From NCBI GenBank assembly GCA_003208875.1, contig QCUR01000005.1, positions 64,001 through 128,000 of the forward strand: 64,000 nucleotides of DNA, in the 5' to 3' direction. The position numbers and the translations under genes were made by a program. Numbering within the stretch: position 1 is the stretch's first letter; the number at the start of each line of letters is the position of its first letter. Under the pieces are notes generated by a model. It was not told where the DNA came from and made no database searches. It saw only the letters and a list, made by a program, of their open reading frames with translations. Origin of the DNA: Prochlorococcus sp. AG-679-M23. Its GTDB lineage: Bacteria > Cyanobacteriota > Cyanobacteriia > PCC-6307 > Cyanobiaceae. Positions 1 to 9,647 of this stretch are shown here, in pieces.

Positions 1-1
1 A

Positions 2-1330
2 AAACATAAAGATTATTTTAATCTAATTCATAAAGAAATATTAGAACCTATAATTAAATCGACCATAAATGAAAAGGCCTCATTTATAAATGCCTTAAAT
101 GGAATATATGTAAGTAGCGGACCATCAGGAGCTCCAACACGAGGCAAAACTGAAGTCCTTCCTACAGGTAAAAATTTTTTTTCGGTAGACTCCAGAGGCT
201 TACCAACAGAATCTGCATGGATTGTTGGATGTGAATCAGCTTCTCAAATAATTGATTTATATAAACAGGATCATGGACAAGACCTTAAAAAATTAGCAAT
301 TTCAGTATGGGCGACATCTACTATGAGAAACGGAGGGGAAGATGTTTGTCAAATATTGTATTTACTAGGCGTTAAACCAATTTGGGATGGTCCTTCTAGA
401 AGAGTCATTGATATAGAGATAATTCCTTTAAGTATTCTTAATAGACCAAGAGTTGATGTTACTTTAAGAATTTCTGGTTTGTTTAGGGATGCATTTCCAC
501 AATTAATATCATTAGTTTACAAAGCTATAAATTTAGTTTCTCAACTTGATGAAGATAAAAAATTAAATCCAATTTCAGCATCTTATAAGGACGGAGATTC
601 TTTAAATCGAATTTTTGGTTCTGCACCTGGATCATACGGAGCTGGATTACAAGAACTTATATCTAATTCTAGTTGGGAAAATATAAATGATTTTGCTGAT
701 TCTTATTTAAACTGGAGTAAGTGGATATATTCTGATGGAAATGAACCTATCGAAAATAAAAAAGAATTAGAAAATGCGCTTAAAAATATTCAAGTAGTTA
801 TTCATAATCAAGATAACAGAGAACATGATATTTTAGATTCTGATGATTATTATCAATTTCAAGGAGGAATATCATCAGCAATAAATAAACTAAAAGGCAA
901 ATTCCCCGAAATATATCATGGTGATTTATCAAAATATCGTTTATCTAAAATAAATAAATTAAGCTATGAAATAAATAAGGTTGTTAGGACAAGAGTTCTT
1001 AATCCAAAATGGATTGATGGAATGAAGGAAAACGGATATAAAGGTGCCTTTGAGTTTTCTGCAACGCTCGATTATTTATATGCTTATGATGCTACAACGG
1101 AAATCGTATCTGATTGGTGTTATACCCAAATATATAATTCTTGGATATGTGATGAGAACCTTAAAAAGTTTTTTATCGAGAATAATCCATGGGCCTTACG
1201 AGATTTATCCCAAAGATTTCTTGAGATTATTAATAGAAAAATGTGGAATGACCATACTCCAGAAATATTAGAAAATTTAAAAAAGATTGTTAATATGGCT
1301 GATGCCAAAATTGAGAAAAACGAATACTAG
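2..1330 (+). CDS. cobN: Cobaltochelatase CobN subunit, 3' part (starts before the window)
   Basis: The frame is open from position 2. It reads GPSGAPTRGKTEVLPTGKNFFSVD, then RPRVDVTLRISGLFRDAFP, HDILDSDDYYQFQGG and NPKWIDGM, which are CobN/Mg-chelatase H family motifs. Confidence 0.92.
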   Translation, partial: KHKDYFNLIHKEILEPIIKSTINEKASFINALNGIYVSSGPSGAPTRGKTEVLPTGKNFFSVDSRGLPTESAWIVGCESASQIIDLYKQDHGQDLKKLAISVWATSTMRNGGEDVCQILYLLGVKPIWDGPSRRVIDIEIIPLSILNRPRVDVTLRISGLFRDAFPQLISLVYKAINLVSQLDEDKKLNPISASYKDGDSLNRIFGSAPGSYGAGLQELISNSSWENINDFADSYLNWSKWIYSDGNEPIENKKELENALKNIQVVIHNQDNREHDILDSDDYYQFQGGISSAINKLKGKFPEIYHGDLSKYRLSKINKLSYEINKVVRTRVLNPKWIDGMKENGYKGAFEFSATLDYLYAYDATTEIVSDWCYTQIYNSWICDENLKKFFIENNPWALRDLSQRFLEIINRKMWNDHTPEILENLKKIVNMADAKIEKNEY

Positions 1331-1331
1331 T

Positions 1332-1979
1332 TTATCTGCCCAATAATGAATATCCATGACTATCTGTTCCGCAGGTTTTAAGCATATTAAGGCTTTCGGT
1401 TATTTTATTTATCTCTGAACATACAAAATTACTTGCTTGCCATCTTTCTTTTAAATCATAATCGTACCAAACTTCAATCCCATCAACTCCTTGCTTATTA
1501 GCCTCAGGGATAAGTTTATAAAAGGGAATTCTGTACCTCGCAGGATGTGCAAGAAAAGATAAACCTCCAGCTAATCTGATTGCCTTGGTTACTGATTTGA
1601 TGTGTAAATCATTACCAATTGGTGACTCGCCTTGAACATAAGGTGTTAGATGAGTACTTTTTATATTAATTCCTAATCCAATAACATGAACTAAGCATCC
1701 TAGAAGTAAACAATTTATTTCAATTCCAGAAATTAGTTTAAAAGAATCAGTTGGATATTTTTCGAGTATATTATTGCGTTCAATGAAATCATGTGCTTTA
1801 ACAGTGTGATGATCTGTTATAGATATAAATTTTATTTTATTTATAAAAGCTTGATCTAATAATTGTTCTGGATCAAAGCTCCCATCGCTAAATTTCGTAT
1901 GACAATGAAAATTTACAAAGCCTGGACAGCTATCCTCATTTATATTTGTTGTTATTTTTATTAAATCTTGCCTATCCAT
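1332..1979 (-). CDS. PHP-domain metal-dependent phosphoesterase
   Basis: PHP metal-binding motifs HCHTKFSDG, TDHH, AHP and GTDSH. Confidence 0.88.
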   Translation of the reverse strand: MDRQDLIKITTNINEDSCPGFVNFHCHTKFSDGSFDPEQLLDQAFINKIKFISITDHHTVKAHDFIERNNILEKYPTDSFKLISGIEINCLLLGCLVHVIGLGINIKSTHLTPYVQGESPIGNDLHIKSVTKAIRLAGGLSFLAHPARYRIPFYKLIPEANKQGVDGIEVWYDYDLKERWQASNFVCSEINKITESLNMLKTCGTDSHGYSLLGR

Positions 1980-2571
1980 TCTTTAGTGATTCTTCATTTT
2001 TTCTCCTGATTTTTGCATATAACTGAATAGATACAAGCATAAATATTATTAGCCCAAATACACTCCATGTCGCAATACTTGTAGGAAAATTATTTTTAAA
2101 AATAACTAATAGTACAATAATAAATAATAATAACGTAGGAAGTTCATTTAATAATCTAAGGTTTTTTGCTGATATTTTTGAAGTACCATTCTGTAAAGAG
2201 TTCATTATTTTATAACAATAAAAATGATATATGACTAAGCCCAAAACAAAAGAAATTTTTACCTGAAGCCATTTTTCACTTAGCCATCCAGGTTGCATAA
2301 TTACTAAACAGATAGCCATACTTAAAGCCAGTATCATTCCTGGAGTAGTAATAATATTGGCAAGCCTTTTTTCCATTAAGGAATATTGATCATTAAACGC
2401 AATCTTCAAATCATCTTGCATGGTTCTTGACTCTTCATGATATATAAAAAGCCTAACTAAATAAAAAAGGCCAGAAAACCATACAATTACACCAATGATG
2501 TGAAGAGACTTAAACCATAAATATGCTTCTGATGACAAATTAATAAAATATAATTTATAAACTATTACCAA
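1972..2571 (-). CDS. hemJ: Protoporphyrinogen oxidase HemJ (start may be the TTG at 2538)
   Basis: YLWFKSLHIIGVIVWFSGLFYLVRLFIYH and NELPT motifs; four hydrophobic helices. Confidence 0.9.
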   Translation of the reverse strand: MVIVYKLYFINLSSEAYLWFKSLHIIGVIVWFSGLFYLVRLFIYHEESRTMQDDLKIAFNDQYSLMEKRLANIITTPGMILALSMAICLVIMQPGWLSEKWLQVKISFVLGLVIYHFYCYKIMNSLQNGTSKISAKNLRLLNELPTLLLFIIVLLVIFKNNFPTSIATWSVFGLIIFMLVSIQLYAKIRRKNEESLKNG

Positions 2572-2626
2572 TATAAATACTTATTTAATAGTGAATAATT
2601 TTAAATTTATAAAAATTAATCAATAT

Positions 2627-4597
2627 TTATAACTCATTAAAGTAATTATAAATATCATTTGCTGAATGTATACCCAGACCTTTAACTTTTGAAAGTTCCT
2701 CTCTGCTTGCAATTCTAATTGCATCAATTGAATTAAAATGCTCAAGTAAATCTTTAATACGTGAAGGTCCTAAACCTGGTATTTGGGATAATTGAGATCT
2801 ATTCATTCGAGTAGATCTTTTATTTCTATGAAATGACAATGCAAATCTATGTGCTTCATCTCTTACTCTTCGAAGTAATAGAAGTCCTTTTTGATTTTGA
2901 TCAGTATCAAGAGATTTTGAGAACCCTGGTATGAATATCTCTTCATTTTTTTTTGCTAAAGAACATATACTAACTTCTTCATGTAGATCTAATTGTGTTA
3001 AGGCCTTCAATGCTGCATTTAATTGTCCTTTCCCTCCATCAATCATAATCAAATCTGGCCAATCTGTTAGAAGATCATTTTCTAATGTACTTTTTTTCTT
3101 AACTTGTAACGAACTAATGTCTCCGCCATCAATTTTAAATTTTGACCATTTTTTAAATCTTCTGTATATAACCTCATAAATTGAGGCAAAATCATCGCTA
3201 TGACCAATAAATATATTGGGATCTTTAATCTTATATTTTCTATAATTTTGTTTGGATGGAATACCATCTATAAAGACTACTTGTGAAGCTACAGGATCTG
3301 TTCCTTGTATATGACTTATATCATATCCTTCAATTCTTCTCGGCTGTTTAGTTAATTCAAGTATTTGAGTCAAGTCTTCTATTGCAGATTCATTATCTTG
3401 AATTCCATTTAATATCCTCTCTAATTCTAATTTTGCATTTTTTAAAACCATTTCAACGGTTTCAAACTTTTTATTTCTTTTTGGGATTATTAACTTAACC
3501 TTTTTCTGTCTTAATTCACTTAACCATTCTTCAATTGTTTTATGTTTTGGAAGATTATATTGCAATAAAATTTCTGATGGTATTTCAACTCCTTCAACAT
3601 TAATGTAGTGCTCTTCTAATACTCTTTGTAGTATCTCTTTCTCCTCTCTATTATCAATTTTTTGTGTATATCCAATCCTTCCTATTAATTTACCAGACCT
3701 CATTTGAAAAATTTGAATACTAGAGATGTTATTTTCAGAAACAATGCCAAAAATATCTCTATTAATTGATGAATCTGGTATCGAAATTTTTTGAGATTCG
3801 GTTAATAATTTTAAACCTGAAATTTGATCTCTTATTTTAGCAGCATTTTCAAATTCTAAATCTTTGGAATATTGATTCATTTTTCGTTCTAGAAAAACCT
3901 CTAAATCATCATTCCTTCCTTGAAAAATCATAGATACTTGCTTCATAGTTTTTTTATAATCTTCTGAGGATATTATTTCTTGACAAACACCTGGACATCT
4001 TCCAATTGAATAATTTAAGCAAGTTCTATCTTTATAAACTGGACGAGGTCTTTGTCTTAACGGAAATATTTTTTTTATGATAAATAGTGTTTTTCTTAAT
4101 AATCCAACATCAACATAAGGTCCATAATATCTATCAAAATTATTTCTATTTCTCCTTTTTCTTGTTATAAAAATTCTTGGATATTGTTCGCTCCATGTAA
4201 TACAAAGATATGGATATTTTTTATCATCTTTTAATAAAATATTAAAATAAGGTTTATTAGTTTTAATTAAATTTGATTCTAAATTTAATGCTTCATACTC
4301 ACTATCTGTAACTATAATTTCAATTTCAGTTATTTGTCTAACCATTAGACTTAATCTGGGTGAAAGTTCAGCAAAATTATTAAAGTAACTACTGACCCTA
4401 TTTCTAAGTTTTTTAGATTTACCTATATAAAGTAAGTTATTATCAATATCCTTAAAAAGATAACAACCAGAAGATTTTGGTATTTCAGATAGCCTTGATT
4501 TTAATAACTCCTTATTTTTAATAAGTTTATATTCAATTTTAAGATTATATTTTTTATCTAATACTTTAGTAGAAACATTTGTTGATGGATTAATCAT
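2627..4597 (-). CDS. uvrC: Excinuclease ABC subunit C
   Basis: N-terminal GIY-YIG (GCYLF..YIGKSK), UVR domain, RIEGYDISH, DGGKGQL, RDEAHRFA and C-terminal HhH. Confidence 0.97.
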   Translation of the reverse strand: MINPSTNVSTKVLDKKYNLKIEYKLIKNKELLKSRLSEIPKSSGCYLFKDIDNNLLYIGKSKKLRNRVSSYFNNFAELSPRLSLMVRQITEIEIIVTDSEYEALNLESNLIKTNKPYFNILLKDDKKYPYLCITWSEQYPRIFITRKRRNRNNFDRYYGPYVDVGLLRKTLFIIKKIFPLRQRPRPVYKDRTCLNYSIGRCPGVCQEIISSEDYKKTMKQVSMIFQGRNDDLEVFLERKMNQYSKDLEFENAAKIRDQISGLKLLTESQKISIPDSSINRDIFGIVSENNISSIQIFQMRSGKLIGRIGYTQKIDNREEKEILQRVLEEHYINVEGVEIPSEILLQYNLPKHKTIEEWLSELRQKKVKLIIPKRNKKFETVEMVLKNAKLELERILNGIQDNESAIEDLTQILELTKQPRRIEGYDISHIQGTDPVASQVVFIDGIPSKQNYRKYKIKDPNIFIGHSDDFASIYEVIYRRFKKWSKFKIDGGDISSLQVKKKSTLENDLLTDWPDLIMIDGGKGQLNAALKALTQLDLHEEVSICSLAKKNEEIFIPGFSKSLDTDQNQKGLLLLRRVRDEAHRFALSFHRNKRSTRMNRSQLSQIPGLGPSRIKDLLEHFNSIDAIRIASREELSKVKGLGIHSANDIYNYFNEL

Positions 4598-4606
4598 CTA
4601 TTATTT

Positions 4607-5095
4607 CTAACCTCCGTAGTTCCATCCCGTAGTATTTAAATTTAACGAATCAACATCATTATTTAAATAAGCAGATAAAACCTCACCAACAAAAACTGTA
4701 TGATCACCATACATAACATTTCCTACAACCTTACATTCGACACCACCAACACTATCAACTAATATTGGTAAACCAAATTCTCCCAAATTAAATTCTACAG
4801 ACTCAAATCTTCCTCCAAGTGCTTTTTGTGGTTTAAAAAAGACTGCAGCTAAATCCTTTTGATCACTTTTCAGGATATTTAAAGAAAACTTTCCAGAACT
4901 TTTTATTATTTCATGACTGGATCCTTCAGCTCTTACAGCCATAACAACAAGGGGAGGGTTAAAGGAACCTTGTGTAACCCAACTAGCAGTAAAGCCATTT
5001 ACTTCATTTGACTCATCATCTTTCACTCCGCAAATAAACAATCCATGTGGAATTTTTCTTAATAAGATTTTTTTTGCTTCAAGATTTAATGTCAT
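4607..5095 (-). CDS. Flavin reductase-like FMN-binding protein
   Basis: NGFTASWVTQGSFNPP and GDHTVFVGEV motifs; ATG at 5095 preferred. Confidence 0.85.
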   Translation of the reverse strand: MTLNLEAKKILLRKIPHGLFICGVKDDESNEVNGFTASWVTQGSFNPPLVVMAVRAEGSSHEIIKSSGKFSLNILKSDQKDLAAVFFKPQKALGGRFESVEFNLGEFGLPILVDSVGGVECKVVGNVMYGDHTVFVGEVLSAYLNNDVDSLNLNTTGWNYGG

Positions 5096-5154
5096 AATTG
5101 ATTTAACTAATAATCGTATTTTAACCAAATATACTTTCTAATCATAATTAAATT

Positions 5155-5634
5155 ATGAAAATACTTTACCCTGGTACATTTGATCCTTTAACAAATGGAC
5201 ATCTAGATTTAATCCAAAGAGCTGAAAAATTATTTGGAAATGTAGTTGTTGCTATTTTGGAAAATACTAGTAAAAAGCCAACCTTTGATATTAGTAAACG
5301 AATAATACAAATAAACAATGCTGTATCTCATCTACCAAATATTAGTGTTATTTCCTACGAGGGTCTCACGGTAGATTGTGCAAAAGACGTTAAAGCGAAT
5401 CTAATATTAAGAGGATTAAGAGCTATGAGTGATTTTGAATATGAACTTCAAATCGCACATACAAATAAATCTCTTAATACTGAAATAGAAACAATTTTTC
5501 TTTCTACTAATACAAACTTTAGTTTTTTAAGTAGTTCCTTGGTTAAAGAGGTTGCTAAATTTGGAGGTGAAATAAACCATATGGTACCTGATTACGTTGA
5601 AAGAGATCTAAAGAAATATTATAAAAAGGATTAA
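5155..5634 (+). CDS. coaD: Phosphopantetheine adenylyltransferase
   Basis: [24 protein letters not shown] and SSSLVKEVA motifs. Confidence 0.97.
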   Translation: MKILYPGTFDPLTNGHLDLIQRAEKLFGNVVVAILENTSKKPTFDISKRIIQINNAVSHLPNISVISYEGLTVDCAKDVKANLILRGLRAMSDFEYELQIAHTNKSLNTEIETIFLSTNTNFSFLSSSLVKEVAKFGGEINHMVPDYVERDLKKYYKKD

Positions 5635-6857
5635 ATACAACCTTCTAATTTATATATGTTTTTTAACAGGTTAAATGTCTTATACCTGTCTATATTTTCT
5701 GAGTTTTGAATAATACTAATAACTAGAGGTTTCTTATCTTTGTATAGATATCCTGATAACGCAAATACATTTGATAAAGTACCTGTTTTTCCAAAAAACT
5801 TACCTTGTAATTCTGAGTTAGTGAATCTTTTAGCCAATGTTCCTCTTACCCCAAGAATTGATAGTGAAGACTGAAAAGTACTAAAGTTTTTTGAATATTT
5901 CATCTTATTTAAAAATTCTGATATTAATTTGGTTGTTACTCTATTGTTTCTAGAAAGACCACTTGCGTCCGAAATAGTTGAATTATCAACTTTTAATCCT
6001 CTATTTTTCAACCAATATTTTAATTTAATATAATCATTATCATTCCAAGAATTTGAAGCATTTTTAAAAAGTGATTCTGCAGTAAAGTTATGGCTTTCAG
6101 AATTAGCTAATGTTATTAATGATAATAATGGATTAGAAGGAATTTCTTCCAATTTAATTGATGAATTCAAATAATATTTTTCAGAATTATCTGCAATATT
6201 TATATTTATTGAGGCATTTGGAAATTTTTTAAAAATATATTTTTCTATAGTATTTTTTAAGTATTCAATATTTTCATATTTACTCTCATTACTATTTAAT
6301 GCCAAGGTTGTAATAGGAGCTCCGTAATCGTATTGCTTATCTAAATATGTCCAACCTTTTGGCCAATAATATTTAGAATTTATTTCTAAGATATTAAGAT
6401 TAATTTTATTACTATAAGTGATATTAGATAGTAATTTATAAATATCAGAATAGTTAAGATCTGGATCCCCTTGACCTATTAAATAATATTTATCATTACC
6501 CTTTCTATATATTGTAGTTTTAAAACTTCTTGAGGATTTGAATTTATTTAATACATATGCAGTACTAAATAACTTTAAATTTGAAGCTGGAATTCTTAAA
6601 ATATCATCATTATATGAACTTATAAGAACACCATTCTCATTAATAATGGATACGCTAAAAGTCTTATCAAGCGAATTAAATAATTCATCATACTTTATAC
6701 ACTTTTTGTTATTCCTAATTATTCCTGAAGAATTAAAATATATGTTATTAAATAATTTACTTTTTTGAGTAGTTAATAAATTCCATATTAAAAGAGGAAA
6801 ACTTAATAAGCCAAAAATTAAAATTATATAAAAATAAAATTTTTTAAAAACTTTCAA
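5631..6857 (-). CDS. dacB: D-alanyl-D-alanine carboxypeptidase/endopeptidase (PBP4, peptidase S13)
   Basis: N-terminal TM anchor; SxxK (PASNLK), SxN (SHN), DASGLS and KTG (GKTGTL) motifs. Confidence 0.9.
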   Translation of the reverse strand: MKVFKKFYFYIILIFGLLSFPLLIWNLLTTQKSKLFNNIYFNSSGIIRNNKKCIKYDELFNSLDKTFSVSIINENGVLISSYNDDILRIPASNLKLFSTAYVLNKFKSSRSFKTTIYRKGNDKYYLIGQGDPDLNYSDIYKLLSNITYSNKINLNILEINSKYYWPKGWTYLDKQYDYGAPITTLALNSNESKYENIEYLKNTIEKYIFKKFPNASININIADNSEKYYLNSSIKLEEIPSNPLLSLITLANSESHNFTAESLFKNASNSWNDNDYIKLKYWLKNRGLKVDNSTISDASGLSRNNRVTTKLISEFLNKMKYSKNFSTFQSSLSILGVRGTLAKRFTNSELQGKFFGKTGTLSNVFALSGYLYKDKKPLVISIIQNSENIDRYKTFNLLKNIYKLEGCI

Positions 6858-6859
6858 AA

Positions 6860-7507
6860 CTATAAATTTACAAAAATAGTTTCATTATCAGGCCTCTCAT
6901 CAAATTCTTTTTTAAATAAATATCTTTTATTAATTTCTTTAAAAAGTAACCAATTGTTTGGATAAGAATGCATTAATGCACCATTATCAATTGGTTGAAG
7001 AAAGTAAACGTTATTCCAAGTTTTTACAAAGTTTTTTCTTCTTTCTCTTATTACACTTCCTATACCAATATTTGCATCTTCAAATTTTGGATTTAAAGAA
7101 TAATGCAAACCTTTAAAGTTATCACACATTGGTTCGAATGTATCAAAATCGTAAGGTTGAGGAAGTATCGATATCAAGATTGATTCATCTTGATCGACAT
7201 GAATGGATTCATTAAAGCCTTTAAATGTAAAAATATTTTCTTTAATATCTGGATAATCCCTCTGAGCCAAAGCTACAGCTCCTGGATCAGAATAAGTAAG
7301 AAAAACATTTTTTTTTATTTTTTTATTATTATAATAATTGGCAAGAATCTTATAAATAGTTATACCTATTTTATTAAATTTTAATCCCTCGAAATTAAAT
7401 TCAACAGTAAATCGAAAACTTGATAGTTTTAAACTAGAGATTATTGAATTTTCAAGATTTTTTAAGGCATCATTAAGATCCTTAGGTAACACATAAATAG
7501 TATTCAT
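6860..7507 (-). CDS. Conserved cyanobacterial protein (DUF1995-like)
   Basis: LPKDLNDAL, DPGAVALAQRD, GIGSVIRERRKNF and GALMHSYPNNW patterns; the ATG overlaps the upstream TAA (TAATG). Confidence 0.7.
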   Translation of the reverse strand: MNTIYVLPKDLNDALKNLENSIISSLKLSSFRFTVEFNFEGLKFNKIGITIYKILANYYNNKKIKKNVFLTYSDPGAVALAQRDYPDIKENIFTFKGFNESIHVDQDESILISILPQPYDFDTFEPMCDNFKGLHYSLNPKFEDANIGIGSVIRERRKNFVKTWNNVYFLQPIDNGALMHSYPNNWLLFKEINKRYLFKKEFDERPDNETIFVNL

Positions 7508-8679
7508 TAGAATTTTTTTATACAAATTTGAATTAGTTTAAATAATCTATCTATATCAGATTTCTTATTCATAGATCCTAAACTAACACGAATGTTTGAA
7601 TAAAGTTGATTACTATCATATCCCATATTTTCAAGAGTAAGACTATGTTTTCCTGAGGAGCTAGAACAAGCACTACCACTACTTATAGCTACATTATTAT
7701 CAGACATATAATTAATAACTTTATAAGCTTTTATTGGTTCTAATTTCTTATTAAATAAAAGAAATGATATGTGATTTGGAAGTCTTTCAGTACTACTACC
7801 TGTAATTTTAATATTTGGATTATTAGTTATTTTATTTATAAGATATTTTCTAAGCAGTACTTTTTTATTATTTTCGAACTCGGCATTATACGAATTGAAT
7901 TTAATTCTTCCCTTAATATTTTTTATTGACTGATACATTCCGGCTATTAATGGCAAAGGAGTTGTTCCTTGTCTTATTGAATATTCTTGAGATAGTGAAA
8001 TATCATTATTTTTTAATAACAATCTAGATTTTGAATTCGTCAATAGCAATCCTATGCCTTTAGGACCTCCAAATTTATGTGCAGATAAACTTAATAGATC
8101 ACAGTTAAGTTCTTTCCAATTAAAAATACCGTTACTTAATATCTGTGTCCCATCGATATGAAATAAAATATCTAATTCCTTGCATTTAGTTCCAACTAAT
8201 TGGACAGGTTGTAAAGTGCCTACTTCACTCTGACCCCAAATTAGCGAAACAAGATTTGTGTTATTTTTAATTACTTCATTAATGTTTGATATATTTATAA
8301 TCCCATCTCTATTAACTGGCCATTTATAGATTTCCCACCCTTTTCTTTTTAGCTTATTTGCTGAAATCATTGTGGCTTGATGTTCAACATTAGAGATAAC
8401 AACTCTTCCACACTTATATTTATCACTAAGATTACTAAATACTAATGATGTCGATTCTGAAGAGCCTGATGTAAAAACAATATCTTCTGTATTTGCATTT
8501 AAAATCTTTGCTATTTTAAGTCTTATTTTCTCTAAGTATGTCGCACATCTAATTCCATATTTATAAGTTGAGGATGAATTACTCCAATAGTTTTTGTATG
8601 TAGAATTTATTTTATTTAATACATTCTTAGATAATGGAGTAGTAGATGCATTATCAAGATAAATATACTTATTGTCCAT
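7507..8679 (-). CDS. Cysteine desulfurase (IscS/NifS group I, class V aminotransferase)
   Basis: YLDNASTTP, PLP lysine in SAHKFGGPKG, catalytic Cys in SSGSACSS. Confidence 0.9.
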   Translation of the reverse strand: MDNKYIYLDNASTTPLSKNVLNKINSTYKNYWSNSSSTYKYGIRCATYLEKIRLKIAKILNANTEDIVFTSGSSESTSLVFSNLSDKYKCGRVVISNVEHQATMISANKLKRKGWEIYKWPVNRDGIINISNINEVIKNNTNLVSLIWGQSEVGTLQPVQLVGTKCKELDILFHIDGTQILSNGIFNWKELNCDLLSLSAHKFGGPKGIGLLLTNSKSRLLLKNNDISLSQEYSIRQGTTPLPLIAGMYQSIKNIKGRIKFNSYNAEFENNKKVLLRKYLINKITNNPNIKITGSSTERLPNHISFLLFNKKLEPIKAYKVINYMSDNNVAISSGSACSSSSGKHSLTLENMGYDSNQLYSNIRVSLGSMNKKSDIDRLFKLIQICIKKF

Positions 8680-9540
8680 CTACTTTAGAATATATGTTCC
8701 AGAAAAAACTTTTTTTGCATTACCAGTCATCAAAATATCATCTTCTGATCTAGACCAATTAATTATAAGATTACCTCCTGGTAGATTTATTTCTGTTTTT
8801 GAATTACATAAACCTAGTTTGTATGCTGCCACATGTACAGCACAAGCTCCTGTTCCACAAGCTAATGTTGCGCCTGCTCCTCTTTCCCATACAAGTACGT
8901 TAATATTATCTCTATTTATTATTTGGGAAAAATGAACATTTGTTTTTTCAGGAAATAATTCATGTTTTTCAAACACTGGACCTAATAGTGAAAGTGATAT
9001 TTTAGTGATATCTTGAAGAAAAAATATCAAATGTGGATTTCCCATCCCCACGGCATATCCCTGTTGTTCAAAATTCATTTCTTTAAAGAGGTATGAAGGA
9101 ATTGAATTGATTTTTGTATCTATTTTTGTTGGAATAGATTTAGTTTCTAATATTGGTTTTCCCATTTTTACAGTAATTTCGCCTTTATTATATTGAGCAA
9201 TTTTTATACCAGCTTTTGTTTCTATCCTATATTCAGAAACGCTATAAGAACCTTTATTGGAATCGTTTAGATATTGGACTAAACACCTGATACCATTTCC
9301 ACACATTTGAGCCTCCGAACCATCTGAATTATAGATAATCATTTTTGCGTAATTATTTCTATCAGGTTCCAATATGAAAATTACGCCATCACCACCTATA
9401 CCGAATTGTCGATCACATAAATTTTTTATATCGATTGTTTTATCAGATAGAAATTTTTTGTAAATATTACTATTTCTGGAATCAACTATTATAAAATCGT
9501 TGCCATTACCATGATATTTTTCAAATATTATATTGTTCAT
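8680..9540 (-). CDS. dapF: Diaminopimelate epimerase
   Basis: KYHGNGNDF, MCGNGIRC, GNPH and ERGAGATLACGTG motifs. Confidence 0.97.
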   Translation of the reverse strand: MNNIIFEKYHGNGNDFIIVDSRNSNIYKKFLSDKTIDIKNLCDRQFGIGGDGVIFILEPDRNNYAKMIIYNSDGSEAQMCGNGIRCLVQYLNDSNKGSYSVSEYRIETKAGIKIAQYNKGEITVKMGKPILETKSIPTKIDTKINSIPSYLFKEMNFEQQGYAVGMGNPHLIFFLQDITKISLSLLGPVFEKHELFPEKTNVHFSQIINRDNINVLVWERGAGATLACGTGACAVHVAAYKLGLCNSKTEINLPGGNLIINWSRSEDDILMTGNAKKVFSGTYILK

Positions 9541-9647
9541 TTAAAAATATATATCTAATAAATTTTAATTATAAAATAAAGCTTTTAACAATCTATTTCT
9601 TTTTATAGAATCAATATTAAAATAATATTTTACTAAATCTAAAATAA